Positions 44,822 through 46,792 of a stretch of DNA of 46,792 bases are shown piece by piece (position 1 is the first letter of the stretch; the number at the start of each line of letters is the position of its first letter). Location of the stretch: NCBI GenBank assembly GCA_900753285.1, contig CAADYN010000131.1:1-46792 (forward strand), given 5' to 3'. Under the pieces are notes generated by a model. The model worked only from the letters and a program-made list of their open reading frames with translations. It did not search any database and was not told the DNA's origin. A program made the translations under genes and the position numbers. The DNA is from Clostridia bacterium (lineage in GTDB: Bacteria > Bacillota > Clostridia > Oscillospirales > CAG-272).

Positions 44822-45795
44822 GCTGATAGAACCTCTTTCGTTTCAAAAGTTATGATTTGAGTTTTATCTATGTAAACGGACAGCATCTCGCCGGGCTTTG
44901 CTTTCTGCCTGCTGTGGATAGTCCATGTTACATTTTCATATGGAAGTGTTATCTCGTAGCTGCTTCCGAGGTACTGAACGCTTTGTACGGGAAGCTCAAA
45001 GTGAAGCGCGTCCTTCTGCGGCGAAAGTGAAGCGGCTTCGGGTCGGAACATCTCACTCTCGCTCAGCCAGTTCGACTTGCCGACAAATTTCGCCACAAAC
45101 TCAGTCGAGGGGGAATGATAAACGTTTTCCGGCGCGTCGTACTGCTCGACATATCCGCCGCTCAGCACCGCAATACTGTTGCTCATGCTCATAGCCTCTG
45201 TCTGGTCGTGCGTTACAAAGACGGATGTTATGCCAAGCGCGGAGGTAAGCTCGGTAAGCTCGTGTCTCATTTCCTCACGAAGAAGAGCGTCAAGTGCGGA
45301 GAGCGGCTCGTCGAACAAAATGCATCCCGGCTTTACCGCTATAGCTCGCGCAAAGGCTACACGCTGCTGCTGACCGCCCGAGAGCTGATGAGGATATCTC
45401 TTTTCAAAGTCCTCGAGGTGAACGGTACGAAGCGCATCATGCACCCTCTCCTTTAGGTCCTTCGTGTCCTTTCTTGCCCTCAGCCCGAACGCGACGTTTT
45501 CAAATACCGTCATGTGAGGCCACAGCGCGAAATCCTGAAACACGAAGCCGAGATTACGCTTTTCCGGGGGAAGATTTATGCCCTGCTCCTTTGAGAAAAC
45601 ACAAATATCGTCAAGCCGGATCTCACCGTCGTCGGGTGTCTCGAGACCGGCTATCATGCGCAGAAGTGTTGTTTTGCCGCATCCGGAAGGACCGAGCAGT
45701 GTGGTGAAGCTCCCGTCGCGGATTTTCAGTGTTGTCGGATAAATTACCGGCCTTTTGTCAAAGCTCTTTGCAATCTGGTTAAGTTGAATTTCCAT
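44818..45795 (-). CDS. ABC importer ATP-binding protein (FbpC/PotA-like)
   Basis: Walker A GPSGCGKTT, signature LSGGQQQR and Walker B ILFDEPLSALD are present. The ATG at 45795 follows an AAGAGGA RBS. The stop overlaps the SBP start. Confidence 0.92.
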   Translation of the reverse strand: MEIQLNQIAKSFDKRPVIYPTTLKIRDGSFTTLLGPSGCGKTTLLRMIAGLETPDDGEIRLDDICVFSKEQGINLPPEKRNLGFVFQDFALWPHMTVFENVAFGLRARKDTKDLKERVHDALRTVHLEDFEKRYPHQLSGGQQQRVAFARAIAVKPGCILFDEPLSALDALLREEMRHELTELTSALGITSVFVTHDQTEAMSMSNSIAVLSGGYVEQYDAPENVYHSPSTEFVAKFVGKSNWLSESEMFRPEAASLSPQKDALHFELPVQSVQYLGSSYEITLPYENVTWTIHSRQKAKPGEMLSVYIDKTQIITFETKEVLSA

Positions 45796-46061
45796 AGCGT
45801 TCCTCTTTTCTGAGTTCCTACATATTATAATGTGGCTTTGTAAATTGCACGACCCGAGATGTGTAAAGTGCGGGTAAAGTCTCAAAAAGCGGAAAAATTA
45901 AAAACATTCGCCTTGCTTTTTTATCTGAAACGAAATATAATAGAATGGATACGGTATCATATCGGGAAAGTTATGGATTTTATACTGGGATATATTTTAA
46001 AATTGACACGGAACACAAAAATTCGATACTCTGACAACGCGAAAGGAAACACAACACTCCT

Positions 46062-46792
46062 ATGGGGAAATATAAAGAGCTTGCGAAAAATACAGTAATA
46101 ATCAGCGTCGGCACAATGCTGTCGAAGATAGTCTCGTTTTTGATGACGCGGTTTTACACGGGCGTGCTGACTCCGGCGGAATACGGTACGAGCGATTTGC
46201 TGAACTCCACAGTAAGCCTGCTCATGCCGGTCATCTCTCTCGGAATAGCGGACGGCATTTTTCGGTATCTGCCGGAATATCCGCGTTCAAAGAAGAGCGT
46301 TTTCAGCATAGGAGTATATATGGTAACGGCTGGCACGCTATTGCTTGCGGTTTTTCTGCCTATTCTGCGGCTTGTGGACGGATTTGACGGATATCTGCCT
46401 TTGCTTGTGTTTATAACGCTCGCAGCCTGCTACCATTCCGTGTGTGAGCAGTATGTTCGTGCAAGCGGAGACACAATGCTGTTCGCCAAGCAGGGACTTA
46501 TGAACACGATGCTTGTTGTTACGCTGAATATAGTGCTTTTGAAGGTGTTCAGCCTCGGCGTAACGGGATATATGCTTGCCGTGGGTCTGTCGGACTGCAT
46601 TTGCACTGCCTACCTTATAATAAAAAAGCGCCTGTGGGGGAATTTGACCGTACACCCGAACAAGCATATGCTGAAAAAGATGCTGCGCTACAGTATTCCG
46701 CTCATTCCGACGACGGTGTTCTGGTGGATAACGAGCGTTTCAGACAGATACATGATAGCCGCAATTCTCGGAAGCGAAGCGAATGGTATCTA
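46062..46792 (+). CDS. Polysaccharide biosynthesis protein / Wzx-type flippase (MOP superfamily), N-terminal fragment running off the window
   Basis: This gene is not in the ORF track because there is no stop inside the window. My manual translation from the ATG at 46062 is open to the edge: MGKYKELAKNTVIISVGTMLSKIVSFLMTRFYTGVLTPAEYGTSDLL...RYSIPLIPTTVFWWITSVSDRYMI. It is a multi-TM protein of the PF01943 type. Confidence 0.8.
   Translation, partial: MGKYKELAKNTVIISVGTMLSKIVSFLMTRFYTGVLTPAEYGTSDLLNSTVSLLMPVISLGIADGIFRYLPEYPRSKKSVFSIGVYMVTAGTLLLAVFLPILRLVDGFDGYLPLLVFITLAACYHSVCEQYVRASGDTMLFAKQGLMNTMLVVTLNIVLLKVFSLGVTGYMLAVGLSDCICTAYLIIKKRLWGNLTVHPNKHMLKKMLRYSIPLIPTTVFWWITSVSDRYMIAAILGSEANGI

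Noticed and set aside
45859-46098. A 79-aa plus ORF in the spacer between the ABC importer and the flippase gene.
   Set aside because: It is AT-rich and Lys/Ile-rich, has no RBS, and overlaps the start of the real flippase gene in another frame.
46154-46667. Two minus-strand ORFs (60 and 109 aa) offered by the ORF track at the 3' end.
   Set aside because: They are antisense to an open, hydrophobic, Wzx-like reading frame that runs from 46062 to the window edge.

Overview
This is a chromosomal segment of roughly 45-50% GC (estimated by eye) from a spore-forming Firmicute. An unmistakable Spo0A places it in the Clostridia, and the glycoside-hydrolase-rich content suggests a gut or rumen Oscillospiraceae/Ruminococcaceae-type organism (inference). 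Most of the window is ordinary housekeeping: the guaB 3' end, spo0A, mtaB, ogt, an M24 aminopeptidase, ftsH, gdhA, ispE and uxaC. These are interleaved with carbohydrate-utilisation genes: GH2, two clan GH-A-like hydrolases, a GHL6-type hydrolase, D-lyxose isomerase and a sugar-phosphate isomerase. There is also an Fe(III)-type ABC importer, a MATE exporter and several membrane or surface modules. I found no CRISPR array, tRNA/rRNA, transposase, integrase or recognisable defence system, and nothing I can defend as a clearly novel system. The leads most worth a second look are:

- A six-gene plus-strand operon that extends the known NfeD-flotillin pair with a DUF1836 HTH protein, a cytoplasmic beta-helix protein, a PF06541 membrane protein and a ComEC-type MBL hydrolase.
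- Three PF06541 (WDYSD-motif) membrane-protein paralogues, two of which bracket ftsH in one operon.
- An overlapping, membrane-anchored CotH-kinase/discoidin surface pair next to an AT-rich, frameshifted ABC exporter.
- Several non-coding structures: a 3x ~52-bp tandem repeat, a dispersed hairpin element with a compensatory base change, near-identical terminators flanking a single GH gene, and 22-bp-phased direct repeats.

Two genes carry single-base frameshifts. A partial Wzx-type flippase at the 3' edge is missing from the ORF track. All family assignments come from motif recognition by eye; no searches were run.
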